Source: a candidate division FCPU426 bacterium
Lineage (GTDB): Bacteria > Oederibacteriota > PGYV01 > Palsa-1178
NCBI GenBank assembly: GCA_963840035.1
Contig: CAWIXE010000002.1
Span: forward strand, 320,001 to 384,000
Length of the DNA stretch: 64,000 nt
Reading direction: 5' to 3'
Positions within the stretch are counted from its first letter, which is position 1. The number at the start of each line of letters is the position of its first letter. Positions 37,805 through 47,643 of this stretch are shown piece after piece. A program made the translations under genes and the position numbers. The notes beneath the pieces were generated by a model. It was given only the letters and a program-made list of their open reading frames with translations, did no database searches and was not told the origin of the DNA.

Positions 37805-40800
37805 ATGTACCGCAGACTCAAATTCGCAGCTTTATTCTTGTTTATCAGCAGCGCGGTTATTTCCGCCCCTGCCCCGATATCCGAACAAATCATAGTGGAC
37901 CAGATAGGCTACAGGCCTACAGCCGATAAGTGGCTGATGATTGCAGACCCCCAGACCGGCCAAAACAGCGCCATTACATACGTCCCCGGCGCAAATGTCC
38001 AGTTAAGGCGGGCTTCTGATGATGTCAGCGTCATGACAATTCCGCTCACAGCGTGGAACTCGGGCGCTACGCACACTCAGTCGGGAGATAAGGTGTGGCA
38101 GGGCGATTTTTCATCTTACACAACACCGGGCACTTACTATATTTACGACCCCACAAACGTTTATAAATCCTATAACTTTGATATTAAAGACGATGTGTAT
38201 AATTCCATTCTTCAGGCCTCTGTAAAATCATATCTTTATCAGCGCTGCGGCGTTGCGGTTAGCAGCGGCGTGTGGACGCACGCGGCCTGTCATGTGGCGA
38301 CACAAAGCGCAGCCCATCTTTACGACTCCGGCCTCGGTGGGGATCAGGGTGCCGGGACTGCCAGGGATATAACCGGCGGTTGGCACGACGCGGGAGATTA
38401 CAGAAAATACACTTCCTGGATGGCGCATGTTATCTGGGATATGGCTTATATGTGGGAGTGGAACCCTGCGGCTTTTTCCGACGCTGCCGTAATCCCGGAA
38501 TCAGGCAACGGGGTACCTGACATACTTGATGAAATGAAGCAGGAAATAGAATGGATGTATAAAATGCAGAGGCCTGACGGAGCGCTGTATTCCGGGGCAT
38601 TTGTTGTAAAAGGTGTAAATGGCACAAACGGAGGCGACGGAAATCCCGCGCTTGAGGACAGGCCATATTTTTACGCGAACTATTCTACGGCAGCTACAGC
38701 GTCAGGCGCGGTTGCGCTTGCGATAGGAGCCAGATTACTTTCATCATATCCCGGAGTATACGCCGCTGAGGCGGCGAAGTATGAGACAGCGGCAAAAAAT
38801 GCCTGGAATTTTCTCATGGCCAATACTGCAAACATAACTTATAACGCCACCGATATTGATAACGCCGACGCAAATATGGATGCGGGAGCGGACAACAGGC
38901 TGCGTTTCATGGCTGCGGTCGAGCTTTACAGGCTGACCGGAGGCGCAGCGTACAAGACATATATTGATGATAATTATACTAACGCCAATTTGAATGACGG
39001 TACGTATCATCCCATCAACAATGGAAGCTATTTACCGGGGGCCGCATCAGATTTTCAGAGGGCGCTGGTGGCGTATTGCCTTGCGCCGGGAGCCACCGCT
39101 TCAATTGTAACGACGATTAAGACATGCATAAACGCCGGGATAAACAATTACCAGTACGCCATGCGCAATGATGACCCTTATAAATGCGCCATGTGGGACG
39201 GTCATTACTGCTGGGGGTCCAACTCCCAGAAAAGCAGCGTGGGCGAACATCCTGCTTTGGGGAGTTAAGCTGAATGTTAACGCGGGTATGACAGTTACTT
39301 ATAATAAGCTTGCCGAGGAATACCTGCACTATTACCACGGAAGAAACCCTTTATCCTGGTGCTACCTTACCCAGTCGCAGTTATCAGGCGCGGACAAATC
39401 AATAACTGAAATTTTTCACGGGTGGTTCATGGACGGTACGGCGTTTGATACAAACCCGGCGCCGGGTATTTTAGCGGGAGGGCCAAACAGGGATTTTGCT
39501 CCAACGAGGTATACCGGGACAGCGGCATGCCCGGTTTACACTGTGGCCCCACCCCAGGGTGAGCCCCCTATGAAAGCGTATAAAAACTGGAACTCAGGCT
39601 GGGTCGGGGAACAGCCTGCCGGCTCAGGCTGCGGTTGGAGCGATGACTCATGGGAAGTAACTGAAAATTCCACCGGCTACCAGTCCCTTTATTGTTTTCT
39701 TGCGGCGGCTTTTGCGGGAAGTACCGGGCCTACGCCGACAGTAACAGTTTCACCTACTTACGCGGGGAGCCCTACAATCACGCCGACTATTACGCCAACT
39801 TTCACGCTTACACCGGTACCGCCATATTTGCTTATTTACGACGGAGATACCGCGCCGCACAGACTTGCCGACGGAACGGTAAACCATGACGCGGATACCA
39901 CAATGACGGAAGTTACAGGGGGAACAATCGGAAACGCCATGCTCAATACTTATCCGGCATCGGTTGATTACTGGGCACAGAGTGAATGGGTCCCGCCTTC
40001 GAAGGTTCCCATAGGCTCTAACACATACCTGGTGTTTGACATAAAGGAAAATTCAGGCACGGTTTCAGCGCTGCTGGCAAGGCTCCTTTGGTACTACGAC
40101 CCTGTTGACATTGCGGGCTATGTGCCGGGAGGGATAATAGATAATACCTGGAGGACCGCCAGAATACCCATTGTGGACATGCAGGCAAACACATTTACGA
40201 CAATTGATAGCATAATATTTATAAGCAATGCAAATGTGGCATACAGCGTATTAATAGATAACATCAGGCTTGAAGGCGCCGCGGCAACAGCCACTAATAC
40301 GCCGTCGAATACACCGGCTGCAAGCCAGACATATACGCGGACAATTTCATCGACACCCACAGGGACTTATACTCCCACTATTTCTGCTACAGCGACACAT
40401 ACAAGGACGGCTACGGGGACATCATCAGCCACGCCTGTAATTACATTTACTGATACACCATCATGGACTGCCACGGCGACCCGCACTATGACCATGACAG
40501 GGACATTTTCACCGACTCAGCCATTAACTTCCACTTGGACTCATACGCCGTCATGGACCGGGACGCCTACATTCACGCTGACTCTTACGGACACAGGCAC
40601 CCCGACCTCCACCGGCACCATCACCCCCACAATGACCGTTACGCAGACGCATTCGGCTTCACCGACTGTAACGGATTACGCGGGTACTCCCACGGATACT
40701 TACACGCCCACGAACTCGCCCACGGTCACGGTGTCGCCGACCATCACGATTACAAAGACACCCTGCGCCTGTTCGTCGTATTTTGGAAATACGGTCGTCG

Positions 40801-42383
40801 GCCTTGTCGCTTCCATGGACGAGTCGCCTTATTTTGATTCCAATAAGTTTACGCTGGCCCAGGATTCGGTGGTGCATTCGTTATCCGCCTATGTAGCGTC
40901 GACAACCGGCGGAAATATAAGGATGGCGCTGTACGCAAATTCAGGATGGGCTCCGCATGTTCCCACGAGCCTGCTTGTGGAATCACAGGAGCAGCCGTCG
41001 GTTGCGGGCTGGAATACCGTGCCCATACCGGAGATATTTCTTGCCGCCGGTGATTACTGGATAGCATGGGAAGTGCAGCCCGGGACCGTGATGCCATATA
41101 ATTTATATAGCATGTCGGGCATAGAAGCATGGAAGGACATTATATACGGGCCATTCCCGTCGAACGCACCGAGCGCAAACGTTGATAACTATATATTTAC
41201 GGTCAAGGCTGATTATTGCCCGGTCACATGCCCGCTCCCGCAGGCGACCGCTACCATAACACCGACTTATGTCCCGGCGTGCGCCTGTGCCGGGGATTTA
41301 GGAATATTTACGCCGGGCGCTTCATTATTGAGCCCGGTGGGGTTCATATCCTCGGTATTTTATCCGCTGAGCCAGGATGTAGCGGCACAGGCCATATCCT
41401 TATATGTGGCTTCCGGGAACGGGACCGCGCAGGCCGCGATATATTCCAACAGCCTGCCCGGCATGACAAAGGGAACGCCCAAAGACCTGATAATCGAATC
41501 TGCCCCGGCCGCAATCGCGCCCGGGTGGAACAGGATAGCGGTGCCCGAGGTATTGCTTACAGGCAATAATATTTATTGGCTTACATTCCAAATAACAGGC
41601 GGGGTTATATCATATGATGCGGGGCCGGCGGGATGCATGTATTATCTCGGCAACCCGTTCGGGACGTTCCCGGCAGACGTGTCATCCGGAACAGCCGCAA
41701 ATTATGATTTTTCCGTGCAGCTTAATTACTGCCCGCTGACATGCCCGGCAAGCCCTACAAATACGCCGACAGCGACTGCCGTGCTTTCTGATACGCAAAC
41801 CCCAATTGCAACTGAAACAAGCACGGCTGATTTGTCGCCGACGCAGACATCAACGCAGACCACGGCTGTTGAATCGCCGACAGTGACTATTACACAGACA
41901 ATACTTCCGTCATCAACAAATACGCCGCTGCCTTCGTCAACTAATACCCCGATTCCAACCGCGACATTTACTTTGACGGGGACTCCGACAAAAACCATAT
42001 CTCTGACTAACACGCCGGTAATTACAGCTACAAATACACCAACACAGACACCTGCGGCGGTTCCAACAAGTGATAACCTGGTCATAGACAGCATAAAACC
42101 ATATCCTAATCCTGGAAGCGCAGGGATAACTGATATTACGGTTGGATTTAACATATCGCGCGACTGTAAAAGGATTGAATTCATGATGTACACACAGTCT
42201 GCCAGGTTAATCAGGCAGTATAAAAGTGAATTGGGGTATCCTGCAGGGAACAGGGCTGTAATGATAAGCAGGTCAAATTTTGCCGGGTTGGCTTCAGGCA
42301 CCTATTATTTTTGCATTGAAGCCACCGACACTACCGGAAAAACAGCCAAGTCAAAAATAGACAAAATAATCCTTTTAAAGTAG
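37805..42383 (+). CDS. Secreted Ig-GH9 cellulase with CBM-like domain, Thr linkers, two Cys-flanked unknown domains and T9SS-like CTD; split by a 1-nt frameshift near 39230
   Basis: GGAGG RBS before ATG 37805; IIVDQIGY Ig domain, GGWHDAGDY, GVPDILDE; removing one A at 39230-39233 gives CWGSNSQKAAWANILL and joins the second ORF (HYYHGRNP, GILAGGPN, VTENS); PYPNP...KIDKIILLK. Confidence 0.82.
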
Positions 42384-42514
42384 GGCTTTCGTAATTTATT
42401 TCCTAAAAATAAAAACCTAATAAAATAAGGGCTTTTATTTGTTGAACCGGTTTTCATTATACAAAACGCAGTTGACAATGTTCTGAAAATACTATATATA
42501 TTAAGCAGAAAGAA

Positions 42515-42540
42515 CGAAACTATTTTAAACTAAAGTTGTC
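42515..42540 (+). promoter_or_regulatory. Putative ECF promoter
   Basis: CGAAAC-N15-TTGTC. Confidence 0.68.
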
Positions 42541-42611
42541 GAAAGCATAGAAGTTTTTTTTTGCCTACAAATTTAAATGTTTAAACAAACTCTAATTAAC
42601 AGGTGAATTTG

Positions 42612-45059
42612 ATGAAAAAAGTATTTTTAACGCTGATGCTGACAACAATAGCTTCGATAATACTTGGCTACGGCGGAACAGTGCCTACAGGGCTGCCAAA
42701 CGTATTTGGTTTCGGTTCCATAGACAAGCAGGATCCGTATGCGTCTGACATGCCAAACAGGTGGAAGGATACTTCCGGATGCTGGGATTACACATATGTT
42801 TACTTAACGCCGGGATGGCATAATTGCTGGACATACTGCGCAAACGGCCAGTTCGCGAAGGATGAAATGACATACTGGCAGGCAAAGAACATGATAGAGG
42901 TTTTTACTTTCTATTATCAGCCTTCAGGCGACGGCGCTACCATATGCAACTGGTATAATAATGCAACTAACATGAAGAAGTGGTTTGATGAGCTCACCAT
43001 ACTGTTTCAGGCCATAGCAACAACAGCCAATCCCGTGGCAATAGTGCACATAGAACCGGACCTTCTCGGGTTCATGCAGTCAACGGGGAAATCAGCTGTT
43101 TCCGTGGGGTCGTGCGGAAACGCCGATGTGGCGGGGCTGTCCAATAATCTCGCCGGCTGGCACGCAGGCATAATGAAGCTGCGCGATAAGTACGCGCCCG
43201 GAAAAGCCCTCATTGCGCATCATTACACGCACTGGGCCGCGGTGGATGATGTGTTCTCAAATAACGTCTCTGATGGGCAGATAGCAAACCACGTAACAGT
43301 TGTGGGGGATTTCATACTTAGCATGGAAGGCACCAGCCCGAAAGCCGACCTTATATTTTCAGACCCTTCAGACCGTGACGCGGACTGGTTTAGAAAAGTA
43401 AAGGGGACTTCGACCCGCTGGGCTGCGATGAATTTTACGGCAACATCCGGCGCCAGGAGCTGGGGTAAGGTGGCAAATGTCATCAACCTGATGTCAACAA
43501 AACTTAACAGGCGCTTCATGTTCTGGCAGATGCCCATAGGCAATACTTTTTATAAGACATGCGACAATACCAACGGCCACTTCAGGGATAACAGTGCCCA
43601 GGCCATGATACCTTCCAGCACATATGACGGTTCCTTGGGCGCTACTCCCGGCGACGCATACAGCGCTTCTGATACATCCAAAGGGCCGAAGTACTGGGCA
43701 AGTAAGGGTGTCATCGGGTGCCTTTTTGGCGAGGGCGGATACAACTGGGACCCGGACAGCGTGCCGGTAACGCATTTGAGGGACTATCATCCGACAGACA
43801 CCACTTATAACGGATCAAGTGACGCTTTTGGCGGGGGACCTGCTGAAAGCGTGTGGGGGACAGCAACTTCAAATTCGGCTGATAACGACGGCGGTTACAT
43901 AAGAAAAGCCGTGGCCAAATATTGCCTGACAGGGAAGACATCATTATCCGGAAGCGTATCTTCACCCACATTTACAAAGACAAACACGCCTGTGCCGCCG
44001 ACAGCCACATTTACAAAGACAAACACGCCGGTACCGCCGACAGCCACATTCACAAAGACAAACACGCCTGTGCCGCCGACAGCCACATTCACAAAGACAA
44101 ACACGCCGGTACCGCCGACTTCGACTTTCACATATACAATTACAGCTGTGCCGCCGACTGCCACATTTACAAAAACAAATACCCCTGTGGCGCCGACAGC
44201 CACAAAAACAGATACTACGCTGCCTACGGAAACATGGACACCTCAGCCGCCGGCCGCGACGAAGACCTTTACAGCCACTAAAACTAACAGCCCGCTGCCT
44301 ACGGAAACATGGACGCCGCAGCCGCCAACTTCCACAAGCACGTCGACCAGGACGCGGACCGCCACTGTAACAATGACGGTCACGGCCCCTCCGACCGCCA
44401 CCTTTACTTTCACTCCGGTATATTCCATAACTGCATCGCCGACAAATCCGCCGGCAGGTTCTACGTTTACATTTACCGCGACCAGGACAAATACGCCGCT
44501 TCCGACAAATACCATGACGCCGACCCGCACCTGGACTGCGTCGCCGCTGCCTACGGCCACATTTACAATTACCTTCTCGCCCACAAACCCTCCGGCAGGG
44601 TCAAGCCCGACATTTACCCGGACAATCCCGCCGACGCCCGCAAATACGGCAACATCTACGCGTACGGCGGTGATTCCATCGGCAACAGCAACGCCGACCA
44701 CTTATATTCCGGCCGCGACGGCGACATTTACAGCAACTTCTGATGCGGGGCATGGGGAACTTCTCATTGATAAAATATCGTCATCACCGTGCACGGGTGA
44801 TTATTTAAATATTAATTTTAATATTAACAAACGCTGTACCGCCATTACTGTCCGGGTTTATACGATGTCTTACAGGCTGGCAAGAAAAGTCGAATTTTCC
44901 GGCACATACGCCGCCGGGCGAAATACCGTGCAGCTGACAAGGAAATACCTGAAAGGACTTGGAAGGGGATCGTATTATTTTGTGATAGACGCGGTAGATT
45001 TTGAGAGAAAAGTAAAGTCTTCGAAAATAAGCGCTTTTATAATGGTCAATCAATACTGA
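42612..45059 (+). CDS. Secreted putative glycoside hydrolase of unclassified family (GH6-like IEPD motif) with Thr/Pro linker and divergent CTD
   Basis: Signal peptide; aromatic-rich N-terminal domain with IVHIEPDLLGF and DRDAD; linker; CTD-like VRVYT...RL...GLGRGSYYF. Confidence 0.62.
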   Translation: MKKVFLTLMLTTIASIILGYGGTVPTGLPNVFGFGSIDKQDPYASDMPNRWKDTSGCWDYTYVYLTPGWHNCWTYCANGQFAKDEMTYWQAKNMIEVFTFYYQPSGDGATICNWYNNATNMKKWFDELTILFQAIATTANPVAIVHIEPDLLGFMQSTGKSAVSVGSCGNADVAGLSNNLAGWHAGIMKLRDKYAPGKALIAHHYTHWAAVDDVFSNNVSDGQIANHVTVVGDFILSMEGTSPKADLIFSDPSDRDADWFRKVKGTSTRWAAMNFTATSGARSWGKVANVINLMSTKLNRRFMFWQMPIGNTFYKTCDNTNGHFRDNSAQAMIPSSTYDGSLGATPGDAYSASDTSKGPKYWASKGVIGCLFGEGGYNWDPDSVPVTHLRDYHPTDTTYNGSSDAFGGGPAESVWGTATSNSADNDGGYIRKAVAKYCLTGKTSLSGSVSSPTFTKTNTPVPPTATFTKTNTPVPPTATFTKTNTPVPPTATFTKTNTPVPPTSTFTYTITAVPPTATFTKTNTPVAPTATKTDTTLPTETWTPQPPAATKTFTATKTNSPLPTETWTPQPPTSTSTSTRTRTATVTMTVTAPPTATFTFTPVYSITASPTNPPAGSTFTFTATRTNTPLPTNTMTPTRTWTASPLPTATFTITFSPTNPPAGSSPTFTRTIPPTPANTATSTRTAVIPSATATPTTYIPAATATFTATSDAGHGELLIDKISSSPCTGDYLNINFNINKRCTAITVRVYTMSYRLARKVEFSGTYAAGRNTVQLTRKYLKGLGRGSYYFVIDAVDFERKVKSSKISAFIMVNQY
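43968..44123 (+). repeat. Tandem repeat, 4 x 39 bp ([13 protein letters not shown])
   Basis: ACATT(T/C)ACAAAGACAAACACGCC(T/G)GT(G/A)CCGCCGACAGCC units within the linker. Confidence 0.9.
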
Positions 45060-45073
45060 TCGTTTTTAATGAT

Positions 45074-45108
45074 AAAAAGGCCTGGCATTTAGCCCGGCCT
45101 TTTTTTTT
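45074..45108. terminator. Bidirectional terminator between convergent genes
   Basis: AAAAAGGCCTGGC-ATTTA-GCCCGGCC followed by a T run. Confidence 0.8.
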
Positions 45109-45277
45109 ACTGGTTTTTTCCGCACCTTAAGCAGATAAATTTTTCTTTTCCCGCTGAAGGAATCACAACTTCTATCTTTCCGCCACAGCCGCAAACAAGC
45201 CTGCGCGGGCCTTTTCTTCTGTCCGCTTTGACCGATGATTTCTTTTTCCTTCTGTCTTTTTCCCTGTTGTCCTTCAT
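45107..45277 (-). CDS. Small basic zinc-ribbon protein (56 aa)
   Basis: GGAGG RBS before ATG 45277; MKDNREKDRRKK...DRRKGPRRLVCGCGG...FICLRCGKNQ. Confidence 0.68.
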   Translation of the reverse strand: MKDNREKDRRKKKSSVKADRRKGPRRLVCGCGGKIEVVIPSAGKEKFICLRCGKNQ

Positions 45278-45492
45278 GGAAACCTCCGGGTATGTAAGTT
45301 TACTTAATTTAGCATAAGATTTAAAAAATGACAATTATAAAATCGCCGGCAGTACCTAAAGTCAGTTTTTACGAAAAACAAACTAAAACGTATATACGAA
45401 AAGCTTCGAAAATACGGGTAAAATTAGGAAACCCCTTTTTAAAAAACGATTTTGCAACAAGTTGCAAAGGTTACAATATACCTACAATCACC

Positions 45493-45521
45493 TTGACTAT
45501 TGCCATATTTAGTGGTAAAAT
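45493..45521 (+). promoter_or_regulatory. Putative sigma70 promoter
   Basis: TTGACT-N17-TAAAAT with TG extension. Confidence 0.6.
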
Positions 45522-45570
45522 CTCAAAAGGGTGTATTATATATAGAAAAAACCGAAGCGTGAGGAAACTG

Positions 45571-47643
45571 ATGCAATCAGGCAAAATGCCTATTAGAAAT
45601 GCCGATAACCCTATAGTAAAAACCACACTATTTATAATCAATATCATGTTTATTTGTATTTTTATTTTTACGAAACCGTTGTTTTCGTCAAATTTCGGTA
45701 CAAATACCGCGGAATTTTTGAAAATAAATCCGGAAGCAGCTCCCGCAGGCATGGGAGAGGCATATATTGCCGTTGCTGAAGGCACTAACGCGCTTCAGTA
45801 TAATGCCGCAGGACTGGCCTTTCTCGATAAAAGCGAAATAACCGCGACTCAGCTCCTTTGGTTTAATAACATAAACATGACCCATGTTGCATATGGCCAG
45901 CCGCTTGCTTATGGATTTGGCCTGGGCGCGAGCATACTATGGATAAATTTCGGAAGTTTTGATTCCACCGGAGGCGTGGCCTCGCCGATAGATATCCAGA
46001 ACGGAGTTTTTAACATCGGCGCGGGCAAAAGCATCGGCGATAATATCCACCTCGGAGTGAACCTGAGGGGGCTCTACGAGAATTTTATGAGCAGTTCGTC
46101 TTTTGGCTTCTCAGCAGACGCCGGCGCGCTTTTTTACCTCGGTTCAAGAAATTTTACGCTGGGATTATCCGCGAAGAACATGGGTTTTTTAACAGGCACA
46201 AATGATTCGCTTCCCGTGGAAGCCGGTATCGGGCTTGGTTTCAGGCTCTTTAACGGTTCTTTCGATTTTTTAAATGTGGATATCGATTACAGGAAAATTT
46301 TAAATACTGACAACCAGTACCTGGGCGCCGGGCTTGAGTATTATATCGCGCAGGTAGCAGCGCTCCGGCTGGGCTTCAGGTATAATAACGCGATGGAAGC
46401 AACAAAAATATCATTCTCGGACCTTTCCAGGCTGGTGCTTTTTTCCGCGGGCGCCGGCATAAATATTAATGATTTTATTTCCGCCGACTATTCCTTCACC
46501 CCCATGGGAGACCTGGGCTATGTGCACAGGGTCACGCTCAAGATGAAGTTCGGCGAATCAATTTATGAAAGAAGGCTCTCGGAGAAAAATGTGAAGGTCG
46601 AGCCGAAAGCCATAGAAGTGCCGCAGGTAACTGTCCAGGATGGAAATATAAAAAGTGTTTCTTTTAAGCCCAATGTCCCGGACCAGAACGTAAAGGAATG
46701 GACACTCGCTATCAAGACCTCTGACGGAAAGATAGTCAAGTCATTCTCCGGTATCGGTGAAGTGCCAAAGACACTGAATTGGGACGGCACGGACGCGTTT
46801 GGCAGGATATCAAAGGCTGATACCAATTTCATATTTGACTTTAAAGCCAAGAATGATGAAGGCCAGATAATAAAGACCATAGGACACATAGTCCAGCCGA
46901 AAAAGTTTGATTTCTTGAAGGACGAGGACAGGCGTTTTGTCCCGCTTAAAGGCGAGGAAATGCTTGTGGCTCCCGTGACGCTGCTGGTGTCGCCCAACGC
47001 CGAGGAAAGAAAACAGGTTCCGTTCCTGATGGTAAATAAAAAGATTAAGAAGGTAAAGGACTGGGAGTTCGCGGTATATGACACAAACAAGGCGCTGCTT
47101 AAAAAATTCACGGGGCAGGACATGATCCCGTCATACCTCGTATGGGACGGAAAGGATACATACGGCAATTATGTAAATGACCTTAAGACCTGCCAGTATG
47201 TGCTTTCAATAAACGGTACAGACGGTAAGAAAGCGGAGATCAGGGACAGACAGGTGGTAAGGGACGCGTTTGTAATATCGGCTAAAACAAGAAAATTGAA
47301 AATGGCAAAGAGGATATATTTTGAGCCGAATACCGTGGATATTGATCCGGAGATGCTGCCGAAGCTTGACGAACTTGCCGCGGAAATTTCGCAGTATAAG
47401 AATGTTCAGATATACATACAGGGCCACTCGAGCAGGGAAGGGGAAAACGACTATAATATCAAGCTCTCACAGGAAAGGGCAAAGACAGTCCTGCGATACC
47501 TTGTGGAAAAGTATAAAATTTCGCCGCTGTCGGTCACGACCGTAGGATACGGTTCTGCTATCCCTATAGACCAAAGCGATACCGAAGAGGCAAAAATGAG
47601 GAACAGAAGGGTTGAAATAATAATGATCGGTGAAAAACAATGA
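45571..47643 (+). CDS. PorV-like barrel fused to two FlgD-like Ig domains and an OmpA/Pal peptidoglycan-binding domain
   Basis: FLKINPEAAPAGMGEAY...YNAAGLA; LGYVHRVTL; two W.L.I...VK.F.G....L.WDG.D..G units; IQGHS...NIKLSQERA...GYG...NRRVEI; start uncertain (45571 or 45586). Confidence 0.82.
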   Translation: MQSGKMPIRNADNPIVKTTLFIINIMFICIFIFTKPLFSSNFGTNTAEFLKINPEAAPAGMGEAYIAVAEGTNALQYNAAGLAFLDKSEITATQLLWFNNINMTHVAYGQPLAYGFGLGASILWINFGSFDSTGGVASPIDIQNGVFNIGAGKSIGDNIHLGVNLRGLYENFMSSSSFGFSADAGALFYLGSRNFTLGLSAKNMGFLTGTNDSLPVEAGIGLGFRLFNGSFDFLNVDIDYRKILNTDNQYLGAGLEYYIAQVAALRLGFRYNNAMEATKISFSDLSRLVLFSAGAGININDFISADYSFTPMGDLGYVHRVTLKMKFGESIYERRLSEKNVKVEPKAIEVPQVTVQDGNIKSVSFKPNVPDQNVKEWTLAIKTSDGKIVKSFSGIGEVPKTLNWDGTDAFGRISKADTNFIFDFKAKNDEGQIIKTIGHIVQPKKFDFLKDEDRRFVPLKGEEMLVAPVTLLVSPNAEERKQVPFLMVNKKIKKVKDWEFAVYDTNKALLKKFTGQDMIPSYLVWDGKDTYGNYVNDLKTCQYVLSINGTDGKKAEIRDRQVVRDAFVISAKTRKLKMAKRIYFEPNTVDIDPEMLPKLDELAAEISQYKNVQIYIQGHSSREGENDYNIKLSQERAKTVLRYLVEKYKISPLSVTTVGYGSAIPIDQSDTEEAKMRNRRVEIIMIGEKQ

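Noticed and set aside
39225..39240. Programmed ribosomal frameshift in the Ig-GH9
   Set aside because: It falls inside the catalytic domain with no canonical slippery heptamer, and two similar indels elsewhere point to sequencing error
43968..44123. Regular repeats as a possible CRISPR array (also 55057-55260)
   Set aside because: Contiguous in-frame coding repeats without unique spacers, and no cas genes
12569..45059. Cellulosome (dockerin/cohesin) organisation
   Set aside because: No duplicated dockerin Ca-binding motifs or cohesin repeats; C-termini resemble T9SS CTDs
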